Below, one piece after another: positions 48,248 through 58,728 of a DNA stretch of 64,000 nt (its first letter is position 1; the number at the start of each line of letters is the position of its first letter). Origin of the DNA: Methanotrichaceae archaeon (lineage in GTDB: Archaea > Halobacteriota > Methanosarcinia > Methanotrichales > Methanotrichaceae); assembly GCA_963803145.1 (NCBI GenBank), contig CAWDLW010000008.1, positions 96,001 to 160,000 of the forward strand. The letters run 5' to 3'. Under the pieces are notes generated by a model. That model did no database searches and was not told where the DNA came from. It was given only the letters and a program-made list of their open reading frames with translations. Both the position numbers and the translations under genes were made by a program.

Positions 48248-51200
48248 ATGGCGATTGATAACCTTTCTCAAAGGATCTCTGAGCTTTCACAGCGATTAGA
48301 GGAGCTCCAGGCAAGGTGCGTGAACAATCCGGAATATGCGCCCGAAGTCCTATCCGATGCCCTGGATAGCCTCCAGGCCAGCCTTGAGGAGCTATCGGCT
48401 GCGGATGAGGAGCTTATACAGCAGAATGAGGAACTCAAGCACGCTCAATCGACGCTGCAGAAGAGTGAGGAAAAGTTCCGACTGGTTGCCGATTTCACCT
48501 ATGATTGGGAAACTTGGATAGACCCTAAGGGGAACTATGTTTATGTTTCGCCTTCCTGCGAGCGAATAACCGGATATTATGCCGAAGAATTCATAGAGAA
48601 TCCCTCTCTTTCCATAGACATAATACATCCAGATGACAAGGAAGCTTTTAAACAGCATCAAAATGTCCATTTCGATGAACAGACTGATAGCGCGCAAATC
48701 GATTATCGTATTATAACAACGAAAGGAGAGATCCGTTGGATCAGTCATATCTGCCAACCGGTATTCGAAAGGAATGGGGAATGGCTTGGGCGTAGGGCAA
48801 GTAATAGGGACATCACAGAGCGAAAGCGGGCCGAGGAGGCTTTGCGCAAGAGTGAAGCGAAACTCCGCGCCGTCTTTAGATCCCTCTCAGAAGGCATCGT
48901 CTTCCTCAACACTAAAGGCGATGTGGAAGAGGTTAACGAAGCTGTACAACGCATACATGGCCATACTCTGGAGGAGTTAGCTGACCCCAAACTCGATCCA
49001 CGTTGGCAAATAATCCGACCAGATGGCACACTTTTCCCGGTTGATGAACAACCAGCGATAGTAGCGCTTCGTACTGGGCAGGCTGTGCAGGATGTTGAAA
49101 TGGGTGTCCCAATGTCTGATGGGAAGTTAAGATGGCGACTTGTGAACGCACAGCCGGTATATGATGATAGCGAAAACCTGCTTGGGGCAGTGGCGTCGTT
49201 CTTCGATATCACCGAGCGCAAGCAGGCTGAGGAGTTGCTTCGCCAATCGGAGCAGCATTTCCGACTGCTGTTCGAGACCATGCTTCAAGGGGTGGTCTAC
49301 CATGATGCGGATGGCACAATTCTCTCAATGAATCCCGCAGCCGAGAAGATACTCGGCAAGACCCGAGAGGAGTTTCTGGGCAGCTCTTCCGTAGGTCAAG
49401 AGCACTTTACCATAAAAGAGGACGGTTCTCCCTTCCCTGGTCTAGAGCATCCTGCCATGGTTTCTCTTCGCACAGGGCAGGAAGTGCATAACGTTATGAT
49501 GGGGGTTTACAATCCTCGAAGGGGCTGTTACCGCTGGATAAGCATCGATGCGGTGCCCATCCTCCGGCCTGGGGAAGATAGGCCATATCAGGTTTACACA
49601 ATCTTCGATGACATTACCGAGAGGAAGAAGGCCGAGGAGGCGTTGAGGGAAAGCGAAAAGAAATATCGGCATATTGTGGATTATGCGCCCACAGGCATCT
49701 ATGAAATTGACTACGCCGGTCCTCGATTCAAGCGCGTTAACGATGCCATGTGTCAAATCCTTGGCTATACTCAAGAGGAGTTAATGGCGACGAACCCCTT
49801 AGACCTTTTGGATGAAGAAAGCCAACAGCGATTCCAGGAACGAATTCAGAAGGTGTTAGCTGGGGAGCCTATTGATGAGTCCGTCGCATTCCGTGTATTC
49901 GGCAAGGATGGCCGAGAGATGTGGGCTGCCCTCAATGTCAAACCAATGTATACCGATGGTAAACTGGATGGCGCCTTGGTCGTTGCGCATGACATTACTG
50001 ATCGGAAACGGATGGAAGAGGCGCTACGCAAATCGAAGGATGAGCTTGAGCAACGTGTCCAGGAGAGGACATCCGAGCTATCCAATGCAAAAGAGAACCT
50101 TGAAGCGATCAACGAAGAGCTTCAGGTGGAGATCTTAGAGCACGAGAAGACAGAGAAAGAGCTTTTGAAAGCTAAAGAGGCTGCAGAGGCCGCAGTCGAG
50201 GCCAAGGCTGCGTTCCTGGCAAACATGAGTCATGAGCTCAGGACACCTCTGAATGCTGTTATAGGTTTCTCAAGCCTACTCTTGGAGGATAACCTTACAC
50301 AGGATCAGAAGGAGAGCATCGAAAGAATCAGGAACGGCGGCGAAGCTCTCCTCTCCCTAATCAGCGATATCCTTGAGTTCTCGAGGGCAGAAAAGGAGAA
50401 GATAACGCTGGAGCATCAGCCGTTAAGCCTCAAGCGTTGTATCGAGGAGTCTATGGATATGGTGGCGGTGCAGGCCAACGATAAGGGCCTGAACCTTGCT
50501 TATACTATCAGCTACGGCACACCAGATACAATCATCAGTGATCCCGGAAGGCTTAGACAAGTTCTAGTCAATTTGCTTAGTAATGCTGTTAAATTCACTG
50601 ATGAAGGAGATATATCGGTATCTGTTTCCTCAATAATTATTGAGGGCAATAAGCGCAAAATAACTTTTGCGGTCAAGGATACTGGCATTGGCATGCCTCA
50701 AGATAAGATGGATAGACTCTTTAAGCCCTTTACACAGCTTGAATACGTAATAAGCCGCAAGCGTGATGGCGCAGGACTTGGACTCGCCATAAGCAAGAGG
50801 CTTGTCGAACTCATGGGCGGAGAGATATGGGCTGAAAGCGAGGAGGGCATAGGCTCGACCTTCAGATTCACTATTCCCGTAGAGACAATCCCTGGAAAGC
50901 AACTGGACTTAGGCGAGAAGGATAGAGTTGAGTATGAGAACCTCTCTGCTCAAAAGCCCCTGAGCATTCTTGTGGCCGAAGACAATCCTTCAAACCAGAG
51001 GGTTCTCGTTGAGATGCTGAAGCGATTGGGCTACAGGGTGGATTCTGTGGCTGATGGTGTCGAGGTTCTGCAGGCCCTCCAAATCCGTCCTTACGACCTG
51101 ATATTCATGGATATCAAAATGCCAGAGATGGACGGCCTCACGGCCACCAGGGAGATACGAAAGCTATGGCCTGAAAACGGACCGAAGATTATAGCTATCA

Positions 51201-51316
51201 CAGCCTTCGCAATGGATGGCGATCGTGAGAAGTGCCTGGAAGCTGGCATGGATGACTACATCGCAAAGCCTGTGAAAGTGGATGATCTTGCGACGCTACT
51301 ACACAATTTGGCATAG
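48248..51316 (+). CDS. Multi-PAS hybrid sensor histidine kinase/response regulator
   Basis: Coiled-coil N-terminus, four PAS/PAC, H-box FLANMSHELRTPLN, HATPase, receiver. Confidence 0.95.
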   Translation: MAIDNLSQRISELSQRLEELQARCVNNPEYAPEVLSDALDSLQASLEELSAADEELIQQNEELKHAQSTLQKSEEKFRLVADFTYDWETWIDPKGNYVYVSPSCERITGYYAEEFIENPSLSIDIIHPDDKEAFKQHQNVHFDEQTDSAQIDYRIITTKGEIRWISHICQPVFERNGEWLGRRASNRDITERKRAEEALRKSEAKLRAVFRSLSEGIVFLNTKGDVEEVNEAVQRIHGHTLEELADPKLDPRWQIIRPDGTLFPVDEQPAIVALRTGQAVQDVEMGVPMSDGKLRWRLVNAQPVYDDSENLLGAVASFFDITERKQAEELLRQSEQHFRLLFETMLQGVVYHDADGTILSMNPAAEKILGKTREEFLGSSSVGQEHFTIKEDGSPFPGLEHPAMVSLRTGQEVHNVMMGVYNPRRGCYRWISIDAVPILRPGEDRPYQVYTIFDDITERKKAEEALRESEKKYRHIVDYAPTGIYEIDYAGPRFKRVNDAMCQILGYTQEELMATNPLDLLDEESQQRFQERIQKVLAGEPIDESVAFRVFGKDGREMWAALNVKPMYTDGKLDGALVVAHDITDRKRMEEALRKSKDELEQRVQERTSELSNAKENLEAINEELQVEILEHEKTEKELLKAKEAAEAAVEAKAAFLANMSHELRTPLNAVIGFSSLLLEDNLTQDQKESIERIRNGGEALLSLISDILEFSRAEKEKITLEHQPLSLKRCIEESMDMVAVQANDKGLNLAYTISYGTPDTIISDPGRLRQVLVNLLSNAVKFTDEGDISVSVSSIIIEGNKRKITFAVKDTGIGMPQDKMDRLFKPFTQLEYVISRKRDGAGLGLAISKRLVELMGGEIWAESEEGIGSTFRFTIPVETIPGKQLDLGEKDRVEYENLSAQKPLSILVAEDNPSNQRVLVEMLKRLGYRVDSVADGVEVLQALQIRPYDLIFMDIKMPEMDGLTATREIRKLWPENGPKIIAITAFAMDGDREKCLEAGMDDYIAKPVKVDDLATLLHNLA

Positions 51317-51410
51317 AACTGTGTGATTTCAACACAAACCTCGAAATAAGTAGCTCTCTGTCCAGCCATCCACCTCTCGCCAGTCAAAGCTATGCAAAAG
51401 CCTGGCAAGG

Positions 51411-51420
51411 GTTTTTTATA
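51411..51420 (+). promoter_or_regulatory. Putative TATA box of the uORF-leuA-tatD unit
   Basis: GTTTTTTATA ends 23 nt before ATG 51444, the spacing expected for a leaderless archaeal transcript. Confidence 0.6.
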
Positions 51421-51443
51421 GAACTTAAGCTCAACCTCTAATC

Positions 51444-51482
51444 ATGACACAGAATTCTTCTGTGAGGGATTGCCTTCTATGA
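51444..51482 (+). promoter_or_regulatory. 12-codon uORF/leader peptide MTQNSSVRDCLL
   Basis: ATG at the predicted TSS; ends GTGAGGGAT-TGC-CTT-CTA-TGA; the leuA frame is +1 and open across the Leu codons. Confidence 0.6.
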
Positions 51483-51483
51483 T

Positions 51484-53007
51484 ATGAGGGCGCTTAGTGG
51501 TGCCGAAGTAAGAATCTTCGATACGACTCTTCGTGACGGCGAACAAACACCGGGCGTCTCTCTGATGCCTGATGAAAAGCTCATTATCGCGAGACAGCTT
51601 GATAAACTCGGTGTAAACATCATCGAGGCGGGTTTTCCGATATCCTCTAAAGGCGAGTTTGAAAGCGTTAAGGCAATCGCCCATGAGGGACTCTCTGCGC
51701 AGATCTGCGGCCTCTCAAGGGTCATCATCAAGGACATCGATGCCAGTCTTGATGCAGACGTCGACCTCGTGCATGTTTTCGTTTCTACCTCAGATATACA
51801 GATAGCCCATACCATCAAGAAGAGCTATGATGAGATCGTTGCAGATTCGGTGAAGGCTGTTGAGCATGTCAAAGATCACGGCAGGATCTGTCTCTTCTCT
51901 GCAATGGATGCCACAAGGACATCGCCTGAGTTTCTTAGAAGAATCTTTGGGGCTGTAGAGGAGGCTGGAGCAGACATAATCAATATTCCGGATACTGTAG
52001 GCGTATGCGTGCCTTCTGCTTTTTACCGCCTCGTCAAGGAAATCTGCGATAACACCCAAAGGATGACTGTAGATGTCCATTGTCATAACGACTTTGGCCT
52101 TGCAGTTGCCAACAGCCTTGCAGCCTTCGAGGCTGGCGCTAGGGAGATCCAGGTCTGCGTCAATGGCCTTGGCGAGAGGGCAGGGAATGCAAATCTTGCC
52201 GAGACTGTGATGAGCCTTCACTCAATCTATGGTGCAAAGACGAGCATAAAAACTGAGTATCTCGTTGAAACTGCAAGGCTTGTTGAGCGGCTCTCCGAGG
52301 TCAGGATTCCAATCACAGCTCCGATCGTAGGCGAGAATGCGTTTTCGCATGAGAGCGGCATTCACAGCCATGGGGTGATAGAGAATAGCAAAACATTTGA
52401 GCCTGGGATCATGACGCCTGAGATGGTCGGCCATAAGAGGCGCATAGTTCTCGGAAAGCATACAGGCCGCCATGCTGTCCGGCAGGTCCTTGGAGAGGCA
52501 GGCTATCACCCCACAGAAGACCAGCTTCAGGATATTCTCAACAGGATCAAGGAGCTTGGAGATAAAGGCAAGCAGATTACGGATGCAGATCTTCAGACGA
52601 TAGCAGACGTGATTATCGGAGAGGTCGCAAAGGGACGCCAGGCTGTAACCCTGAAGGAGGTCTCTGTCATGACAGGGAACATCATTACTCCTACGGCGAC
52701 AGTCAAGGCTCTTGTTCGCGGCAAGGAACGCGTCCTCGCAAATACCGGTGTAGGCCCAGTGGATGCTGCAGTAAAGGCAGTCCAGGGCCTCCTTGACAGC
52801 GATACATCTATACATCTCTGCGACTTCAGGATCGATGCAATATCAGGCGGATCTGATGCCCTGGCAGAGGTAATAATCGGCGTCGAGGATGACCGCGGCA
52901 GGAAGGTCAGCGCACGATCGGCCCGCGAGGATATCGTCATGGCGTCTGTCGAGGCGCTTGTCAGTGCCATCAATCGATTAATGCTTTTGGAGGAAGAGAA
53001 AAGTTGA
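51484..53007 (+). CDS. leuA: 2-isopropylmalate synthase (LeuA; CimA not excluded)
   Basis: [42 protein letters not shown]-terminal regulatory domain GVGPVDA. Confidence 0.85.
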   Translation: MRALSGAEVRIFDTTLRDGEQTPGVSLMPDEKLIIARQLDKLGVNIIEAGFPISSKGEFESVKAIAHEGLSAQICGLSRVIIKDIDASLDADVDLVHVFVSTSDIQIAHTIKKSYDEIVADSVKAVEHVKDHGRICLFSAMDATRTSPEFLRRIFGAVEEAGADIINIPDTVGVCVPSAFYRLVKEICDNTQRMTVDVHCHNDFGLAVANSLAAFEAGAREIQVCVNGLGERAGNANLAETVMSLHSIYGAKTSIKTEYLVETARLVERLSEVRIPITAPIVGENAFSHESGIHSHGVIENSKTFEPGIMTPEMVGHKRRIVLGKHTGRHAVRQVLGEAGYHPTEDQLQDILNRIKELGDKGKQITDADLQTIADVIIGEVAKGRQAVTLKEVSVMTGNIITPTATVKALVRGKERVLANTGVGPVDAAVKAVQGLLDSDTSIHLCDFRIDAISGGSDALAEVIIGVEDDRGRKVSARSAREDIVMASVEALVSAINRLMLLEEEKS

Positions 53008-53768
53008 TACGTTGGGAAATAATCGACTCCCATTGCCACCTCGATTTCAAGCAGTTCAATAAAGATAGAGAGGCTGTGATAGAGCGGGCCCGGGACTGCG
53101 GCATCGTGCTGATGATCAACTCTGGGATTGATCTTGCGAGCAACATAAGATCGCTCAAGATGGCAGAAGAGAACGAATTCATATATCCCACATTGGGGCT
53201 GAACCCCAACTCTTTGGGAAGCCTGAGCGATGATGACCTGAATGCCACGTTAAATCATATGAAGGAGAACGCCGATAAAACCCTAGGGATAGGTGAGGCA
53301 GGGCTGGACTATTACAGATGCTCAGATCAAGCGAGCCGAAGCCGTCAGGCCGATGTCTTTGGACGGGTAATTGAGGTCGCCAGGTCCCTCGACCTTCCTT
53401 TAATCATCCATTCCCGTGACGCCGAGCAGCAGGCTCTTGAGATGGTCAAGGATCTTAACAAGGTCATATTCCACTGCTACGGCGGAACCCTCGGCACAAT
53501 GAAGGAAGCTGTTGACCGCGGTTTTTACATCTCCATAGCGACTGTTATCTGTCATTCGCCTCATCATCAGATCCTGGCAAGAAATGTTCCTCTTGACAGG
53601 CTGCTGGTAGAGACCGATAGCCCATTTTTATCGCCTAGAAAGGGCAGAAATGAGCCGTCTTATGTCCTTGATTCAGTTAGGCTTATAGCGAAGATAAGGG
53701 GCATGCAGCCGTCGGAGATAGCCCGGATAACTAGCGAAAACACAAGGAAGATCTTCGATATTCGCTGA
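53004..53768 (+). CDS. tatD: TatD family deoxyribonuclease
   Basis: DSHCHLD, IGEAGLDY, IIHSRDA, FHCY, ETDSPFL. Confidence 0.95.
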   Translation: MIRWEIIDSHCHLDFKQFNKDREAVIERARDCGIVLMINSGIDLASNIRSLKMAEENEFIYPTLGLNPNSLGSLSDDDLNATLNHMKENADKTLGIGEAGLDYYRCSDQASRSRQADVFGRVIEVARSLDLPLIIHSRDAEQQALEMVKDLNKVIFHCYGGTLGTMKEAVDRGFYISIATVICHSPHHQILARNVPLDRLLVETDSPFLSPRKGRNEPSYVLDSVRLIAKIRGMQPSEIARITSENTRKIFDIR

Positions 53769-53832
53769 TTGTATTAATAGATGGAAAATTATAAGAGATA
53801 GTCGGGCAATACCATAATGGATCAGTGATCTG

Positions 53833-54321
53833 ATGGCAATACACTTCGAACACATCATGAGATATCTGGGCTCCAAAAAGGAAAAAGGGAGAAAGAAGAT
53901 AGGTCTTCTCGTGGACGGCCCCAACATGCTTAGAAAGGAGTTCCAGATGGATCTTGAAGAGATCAGGGACATGCTAAAGGATTACGGCGATATCAAGATG
54001 GGAAAGGTCTTCCTGAATCAGTATGCATCCGATAAGCTTGTCGAGGCTGTGGAAAATCAGGGATTTGAGCCCGTCATCTGTACAAGCGATGTGGATGTGC
54101 GCATGGCAGTTGAGGGCGTGGACATGATCTATAATCCTGTCATAGATACTATTGCCCTCGTCACAAGAGATGCAGATCTCAAGCCAGTGCTCATGAAGGC
54201 AATGGAGCACGGCAAAGAGACGATAATCTTTGGAGCTGAGCCCGGGTTCTCCGTAGCCCTAAAGAATTCGGCGGATTATGTCATAGTTTTACGCGACGGT
54301 CAGTATGTGACGGACGCGTGA
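53833..54321 (+). CDS. NYN domain protein (archaeal TIGR00288-like)
   Basis: LLVDGPNMLRKE, SDVDV, TRDAD. Confidence 0.9.
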   Translation: MAIHFEHIMRYLGSKKEKGRKKIGLLVDGPNMLRKEFQMDLEEIRDMLKDYGDIKMGKVFLNQYASDKLVEAVENQGFEPVICTSDVDVRMAVEGVDMIYNPVIDTIALVTRDADLKPVLMKAMEHGKETIIFGAEPGFSVALKNSADYVIVLRDGQYVTDA

Positions 54322-54390
54322 TTAATGGACGCATGATCGTTCAGACGAACGCTTTTTAATGATATCGAGTAGATTTATTTAGGAGCTAAA

Positions 54391-55161
54391 TTGAGTCACA
54401 CTATAAATCAGGGAAATCACGCCCAAGGCATAATAAATGGTTCCTATAGCTTTGACTGGCGCTTGCGTCTCTCAGGCTTCTTCCCCTCTTTAGCTCCTAT
54501 CGGACAGAGAGTTGACTACCGACACAAGAACGGGGATAACTCCAGGCCCTGGGAGAGCTCGAGCTGGCGGGATAGGATACCATCGGTACCTGGTCTGCCT
54601 GTGTCTTATACAGGCGTGATCTTACTATTATGCGTAATAGTATTCTTCATAAGCCTAATAGCCCCAGGCTTTGTTTACACTAATCTTGCACTGAACCCTG
54701 CCGATCTAATGCAGAAGCCCTGGACGATTATAACACACATGTTCGTCCACGCAAACTTTGATCACCTTTTCTGGAATATGCTCTTCTTATTTTTCTTCGG
54801 AACTGAACTTGAGCGGCGTATCGGAGAAGGTAAATTCTTAGGAATATATCTATTATCAGGGATAGTGGCAGCTACTGGTCAAATACTTCTTGTGCCCACA
54901 GGAACGCTTGTAGGTGCGAGCGGTGCATTATATGGCGTTCTCGGATGCCTGGCTATAATTGCGCCTGAAATTCGTGTATTCCTTTTCTTTATCATACCTA
55001 TGACCATAAGGTGGGCAGTTGTGCTCTTTGCAGTTATTGATTTCCTGATGTCCGGGACATCGGATAACATAGCTCATGCAGCCCACCTGTCGGGGCTGGC
55101 TTTAGGATTGATAATCGGTTACATGATGAAGAAAGGGCAGCCTAGTTATTATCATGTCTAA
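54391..55161 (+). CDS. Rhomboid family intramembrane serine protease
   Basis: HMFVHA..HLFWNM, GASG, AHAAHLSG; start uncertain. Confidence 0.92.
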   Translation: MSHTINQGNHAQGIINGSYSFDWRLRLSGFFPSLAPIGQRVDYRHKNGDNSRPWESSSWRDRIPSVPGLPVSYTGVILLLCVIVFFISLIAPGFVYTNLALNPADLMQKPWTIITHMFVHANFDHLFWNMLFLFFFGTELERRIGEGKFLGIYLLSGIVAATGQILLVPTGTLVGASGALYGVLGCLAIIAPEIRVFLFFIIPMTIRWAVVLFAVIDFLMSGTSDNIAHAAHLSGLALGLIIGYMMKKGQPSYYHV

Positions 55162-55188
55162 GCATTGATCCCAAACAAAGATCGAGAA

Positions 55189-55341
55189 ATGAGAAAACCT
55201 ATGATACCTGTAAATGGGATGAAGACGCAGGAGGAGAATTTAATCACTGGAATCACTAAGGGTTTAGAGGACTTCATCGAGGGCCGATGCATGTATTTTA
55301 AGAACGATGAGGAACTGGAAGCCTACCTAATAAGCTTTTAA
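55189..55341 (+). CDS. Small (50 aa) hypothetical, antitoxin-like protein below the ORF-track cut-off
   Basis: MRKPMIPVNGMKTQEENLITGITKGLEDFIEGRCMYFKNDEELEAYLISL. Confidence 0.45.
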   Translation: MRKPMIPVNGMKTQEENLITGITKGLEDFIEGRCMYFKNDEELEAYLISF

Positions 55342-55416
55342 ATTCATAATTCTAGATCTATTATTAACTAATAATTTAAGCAGACCACTAAAAGCTCATC
55401 GAAAAGGTCTATGTAA

Positions 55417-57225
55417 TCAGCGCCCCCAGAAGGGCTCTTTCTTGCGTTTGATCTCCAGGAACTTCTCCAGCACCTCACGCTCGTCCTCATTGAGCTTTGG
55501 CTTCAGCTCCTGTTCAACGATTCGTGCGTGCTTCTCGGGAATATTGATGTAAAGTATATCTCCCTCATGGATCTGACGGCCGACGGTCGGGCCGTCAATG
55601 GATATCGCAATCTCCTGTCCGACGGTCGCAGATCCTACATTCTCATTGTGCGCCTGAATTCCCTTGATGGCTCCAACGTTTGCGCCATCTTCTCTCATGA
55701 GGTTTGTCTGTGTCCTGATCACTCCGCCGATGACCTGAACGCCAACGATTGCAGGCTTTGACTGCCTGAAGACGCAGTCGGGCAGAAGGCGTACAGCTCC
55801 AGGTCGTATGACAGCCTCGAGCCGTTCCTGTTCAATCTTCATCTTCTGCGCATCAACCCAGGCGCTATAATCATCGATCAGAGAGTAGATGATGTTGCTT
55901 GTGAAAACAGGAACATCGGTCTTCTGAATCTCAGATATCGCATCAGGCAGAATCTCAACATTGAATGCAAGGATAGCTTTCAGAAGCAGATCTTTGATGG
56001 AGTTTGCCCTTATAACATCTCTGCGGGTTATCGGGCCGACATCTGCCATATGAATAGGAATCTCTTTGTCCCTCAGCTCGCCAACGATGGCTTCAAGTGT
56101 GCCGATGGTATCTGTCTTCAGGATCACGCCTTCTATCCCGGTGTCGATCCTGACAGATTCAAGCTCTGACTTCATCTCTTTGGATATCGCCTCGACATCA
56201 TCCGATGGGCCGACTACCCTGATCGTCGATCCTGCAAGAGCGCCCTCCAGCTTTGGGGCTGAGATCTTGATTCCGCTTGCTGCAACGACATGTCTCACAG
56301 GCATGAACTTCTCCTCGTTCCTGATCTCTGAGAGAGGCTTTGGCTTGAGAAGTGCACGCACTTTAGTAACCATCGGATCACGGGCAGTCCCGACGATTAC
56401 AGTATCGCCTGATCTGATCTCGCCGTCGTATAGTATGACATCCAGGGTAGTTCCAAGGCCGCGCTCCTCCTTGACTTCGAGTATTGTCCCAACGCCTGGA
56501 CCTGATGCGGTGACTCGCAGGCTATCTTTCAAAAATCTCTGGGCAAGGCCTACCAAAACCATAAGCAGGTCGGGCACGCCTTCACCTGTGACTGCGCTGA
56601 TAGGGACGATGCCTACTGTCTTTGTAAAATCGCGGATTCTGTCATATCTGTCGGCATCAAATCCATACTTGTAAAGCTCTCCGACCAATTCATATATTCT
56701 TCCATCGAGCTCTTCGACGACCCTCTCACTCTGGTTCTTCATGCTCTTTGCAAACGGTGCATTTTCAATAGGTCGCCAGCCGCTTATTCGATCTATCTTG
56801 TTGGCCGCGACAACAAAGGGCGTCTTATATCTTTTGAGGATATTCAGGGATTCTATTGTCTGGGGCTGGAAGCCCTCGTTCACGTCGACTATGAGAACAG
56901 CCAGATCAGCAAGCGATCCCCCGCGACTCCGCAGTGACGTGAATGCCCTGTGGCCTGGCGTGTCTATGAAGAGAAGTCCTGGAACCTGTAGTTCGGCTCC
57001 AAAGTGTGCACCGCAGAAATCCTGTATCAGATCCAAGGGAACCTCTGTTGCCCCGATATGCTGGGTGATCAGGCCTGCCTCAAACTTAGCCACAGTAGTT
57101 CCGCGGATTTTATCGAGCAGCGTAGTCTTTCCGTGGTCTACATGTCCCATTACTACTACTATTGGGGTTCTCAGGTTGGTTTCCTGCATGCCCTTTGATT
57201 TGCTGCCCTTCTTTGACTTCTGCAT
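55417..57225 (-). CDS. infB: Translation initiation factor aIF5B/IF-2
   Basis: MGHVDHGKTTLLD, ITQHIGA, DTPGH, NKID. Confidence 0.98.
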   Translation of the reverse strand: MQKSKKGSKSKGMQETNLRTPIVVVMGHVDHGKTTLLDKIRGTTVAKFEAGLITQHIGATEVPLDLIQDFCGAHFGAELQVPGLLFIDTPGHRAFTSLRSRGGSLADLAVLIVDVNEGFQPQTIESLNILKRYKTPFVVAANKIDRISGWRPIENAPFAKSMKNQSERVVEELDGRIYELVGELYKYGFDADRYDRIRDFTKTVGIVPISAVTGEGVPDLLMVLVGLAQRFLKDSLRVTASGPGVGTILEVKEERGLGTTLDVILYDGEIRSGDTVIVGTARDPMVTKVRALLKPKPLSEIRNEEKFMPVRHVVAASGIKISAPKLEGALAGSTIRVVGPSDDVEAISKEMKSELESVRIDTGIEGVILKTDTIGTLEAIVGELRDKEIPIHMADVGPITRRDVIRANSIKDLLLKAILAFNVEILPDAISEIQKTDVPVFTSNIIYSLIDDYSAWVDAQKMKIEQERLEAVIRPGAVRLLPDCVFRQSKPAIVGVQVIGGVIRTQTNLMREDGANVGAIKGIQAHNENVGSATVGQEIAISIDGPTVGRQIHEGDILYINIPEKHARIVEQELKPKLNEDEREVLEKFLEIKRKKEPFWGR

Positions 57226-57417
57226 ACTTGTTCTCTTATGCTTTTTACATTCTTTACGTTCTTATTCTTTGGTACTCTTATGCCTTTTTCTTTGATACCT
57301 TTGAGCCTTAGGATATTTCTTGGATATTTTTTCTCTAAAAATAGGTTTTATTTCTGGAATTTAAAGTCTCTGTAAGAGACGGCAAGTCCGATCTGCCTTC
57401 CCTTACATTACTTGTGC

Positions 57418-57867
57418 TTACTCGTAGAGCCAGGCTTCGTCTATCCGCTTGTAATCGATTATCTCTGATTTATCAAAATGAAGCGCAATTTCGCGAGCTG
57501 CGGATGTGAGGGAGTCTGAGCCGTGAACTACATTTCGTCCTGTCTCAATTCCAAAGTCGCCTCTGATTGTGCCAGGAGCAGCCTCAGCAGGATTTGTCGA
57601 GCCGTTCATCTTCCTCATCGCAGCTACTACACCCCTGCCTTCGACAACCATTGAGACAGAGGGGCCCGAGGTTATGAAGCCCACAAGATCGCCGAAGAAC
57701 TTCTTGCCTTTATGCTCGGCATAATGCTCCTCGGCCTTCTCCCTGGACATTGTGGCGAGCTTCATGGCCACAATCTTAAAGCCCTTTCTCTCAATCCTCT
57801 GGATTATGTTGCCGACCAGCCCGCGCTGAACTCCGTCTGGCTTGACCATCACAAAGGTCCTTTCCAT
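57418..57867 (-). CDS. ndk: Nucleoside diphosphate kinase
   Basis: [32 protein letters not shown]. Confidence 0.98.
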   Translation of the reverse strand: MERTFVMVKPDGVQRGLVGNIIQRIERKGFKIVAMKLATMSREKAEEHYAEHKGKKFFGDLVGFITSGPSVSMVVEGRGVVAAMRKMNGSTNPAEAAPGTIRGDFGIETGRNVVHGSDSLTSAAREIALHFDKSEIIDYKRIDEAWLYE

Positions 57868-57906
57868 TTCTGCAGCCAGGTTCTATGCCCCCTTAAACTT
57901 AAGCAC

Positions 57907-58089
57907 CTATGTGTTCTTAGCTGTACCCTTTCTGGCCCATTTGATGCGTCGGGTCACGCGGCCAAGTCGCACATTGTTCTCGCATTTGGATGAGCAGAAA
58001 TAATAAACAGTACCGTCCTTCTTGGCATAGAGCTTGCCTGTTCCCGGCTCGATTACTCTGCTGCAGAAGGAGCACTTTCTTTCTTCCAT
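57907..58089 (-). CDS. rpl24e: 50S ribosomal protein L24e
   Basis: CSFC...IEPGTG...DG...FCSSKC. Confidence 0.97.
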   Translation of the reverse strand: MEERKCSFCSRVIEPGTGKLYAKKDGTVYYFCSSKCENNVRLGRVTRRIKWARKGTAKNT

Positions 58090-58096
58090 CTCTTCT

Positions 58097-58309
58097 TCAC
58101 CTGCTGGTCAGCTTCTTGGCCTCTCTGGCGGTCTCCAGCAGCATTAGAACATCTCCCATACGGATGGGTCCCATACAGTTCCTTGTTATGATCCGTCCTT
58201 TATTGCTGCCCTCGAGAATCCTGCATTTGATCTGGGTCGCCTCGCCATGCATGCCGGTAACACCAATGATCTCGATAATCTCTGCAGGAACGCCTCCTTC
58301 ATCTTCCAC
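58097..58309 (-). CDS. rps28e: 30S ribosomal protein S28e
   Basis: [18 protein letters not shown]...[10 protein letters not shown]. Confidence 0.97.
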   Translation of the reverse strand: MEDEGGVPAEIIEIIGVTGMHGEATQIKCRILEGSNKGRIITRNCMGPIRMGDVLMLLETAREAKKLTSR

Positions 58310-58319
58310 TGTTAATCAC

Positions 58320-58688
58320 CTACTTCAGAGCCTGTACCTTTTGGATGATCTCTTCGACCAGCTCTTTTCCCTTTCCGGGCTCGACGATGGCGGCGGCTGC
58401 GCTCTTAACGCCGAGGCCTGCAGCGGAGCCTATCTCGCTCTGTTTTTTGATGTAGATATAAGGCGTTTTCTTCTCTTCGCAGAGTGCAGGAATATGAGCT
58501 ACAATTTCGGGGGGCTGAACATCCTCGCCAATTACGACCAATCGGGCAACGCCGCGCTCGATGGCCTTGGTGGCCTCATTGGTCCCCTTCTTTATTCTGC
58601 CTGTATCACGAGCCAGCTCAAGTGCCTCGATGGACTTTGCAGCGAGCTCAGCTGGAACATCGAATCTTACGTATATCGGTCTAGCCAT
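58320..58688 (-). CDS. rpl7ae: 50S ribosomal protein L7Ae
   Basis: [25 protein letters not shown]. Confidence 0.98.
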   Translation of the reverse strand: MARPIYVRFDVPAELAAKSIEALELARDTGRIKKGTNEATKAIERGVARLVVIGEDVQPPEIVAHIPALCEEKKTPYIYIKKQSEIGSAAGLGVKSAAAAIVEPGKGKELVEEIIQKVQALK

Positions 58689-58695
58689 AACTAAT

Positions 58696-58728
58696 TCTCC
58701 TTCAGGGCGCGAATAGGCCCATCATCAT
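58696..58728 (-). promoter_or_regulatory. Putative K-turn/box C/D-like element in the rpl7ae 5' UTR
   Basis: Minus strand ATGATGA-T-GGGC-CTATTCGC-GCCCTGA-AGGAG: box C, GGGC/GCCC stem, and box D CTGA abutting the SD. Confidence 0.6.

Noticed and set aside
57226-57340. Purine-rich repeats (AAGCATAAGAG/AGGCATAAGAG) upstream of infB as an N-terminal extension or ncRNA
   Set aside because: There is an in-frame TAA 13 codons upstream, and the sequence is low complexity with no stable structure.
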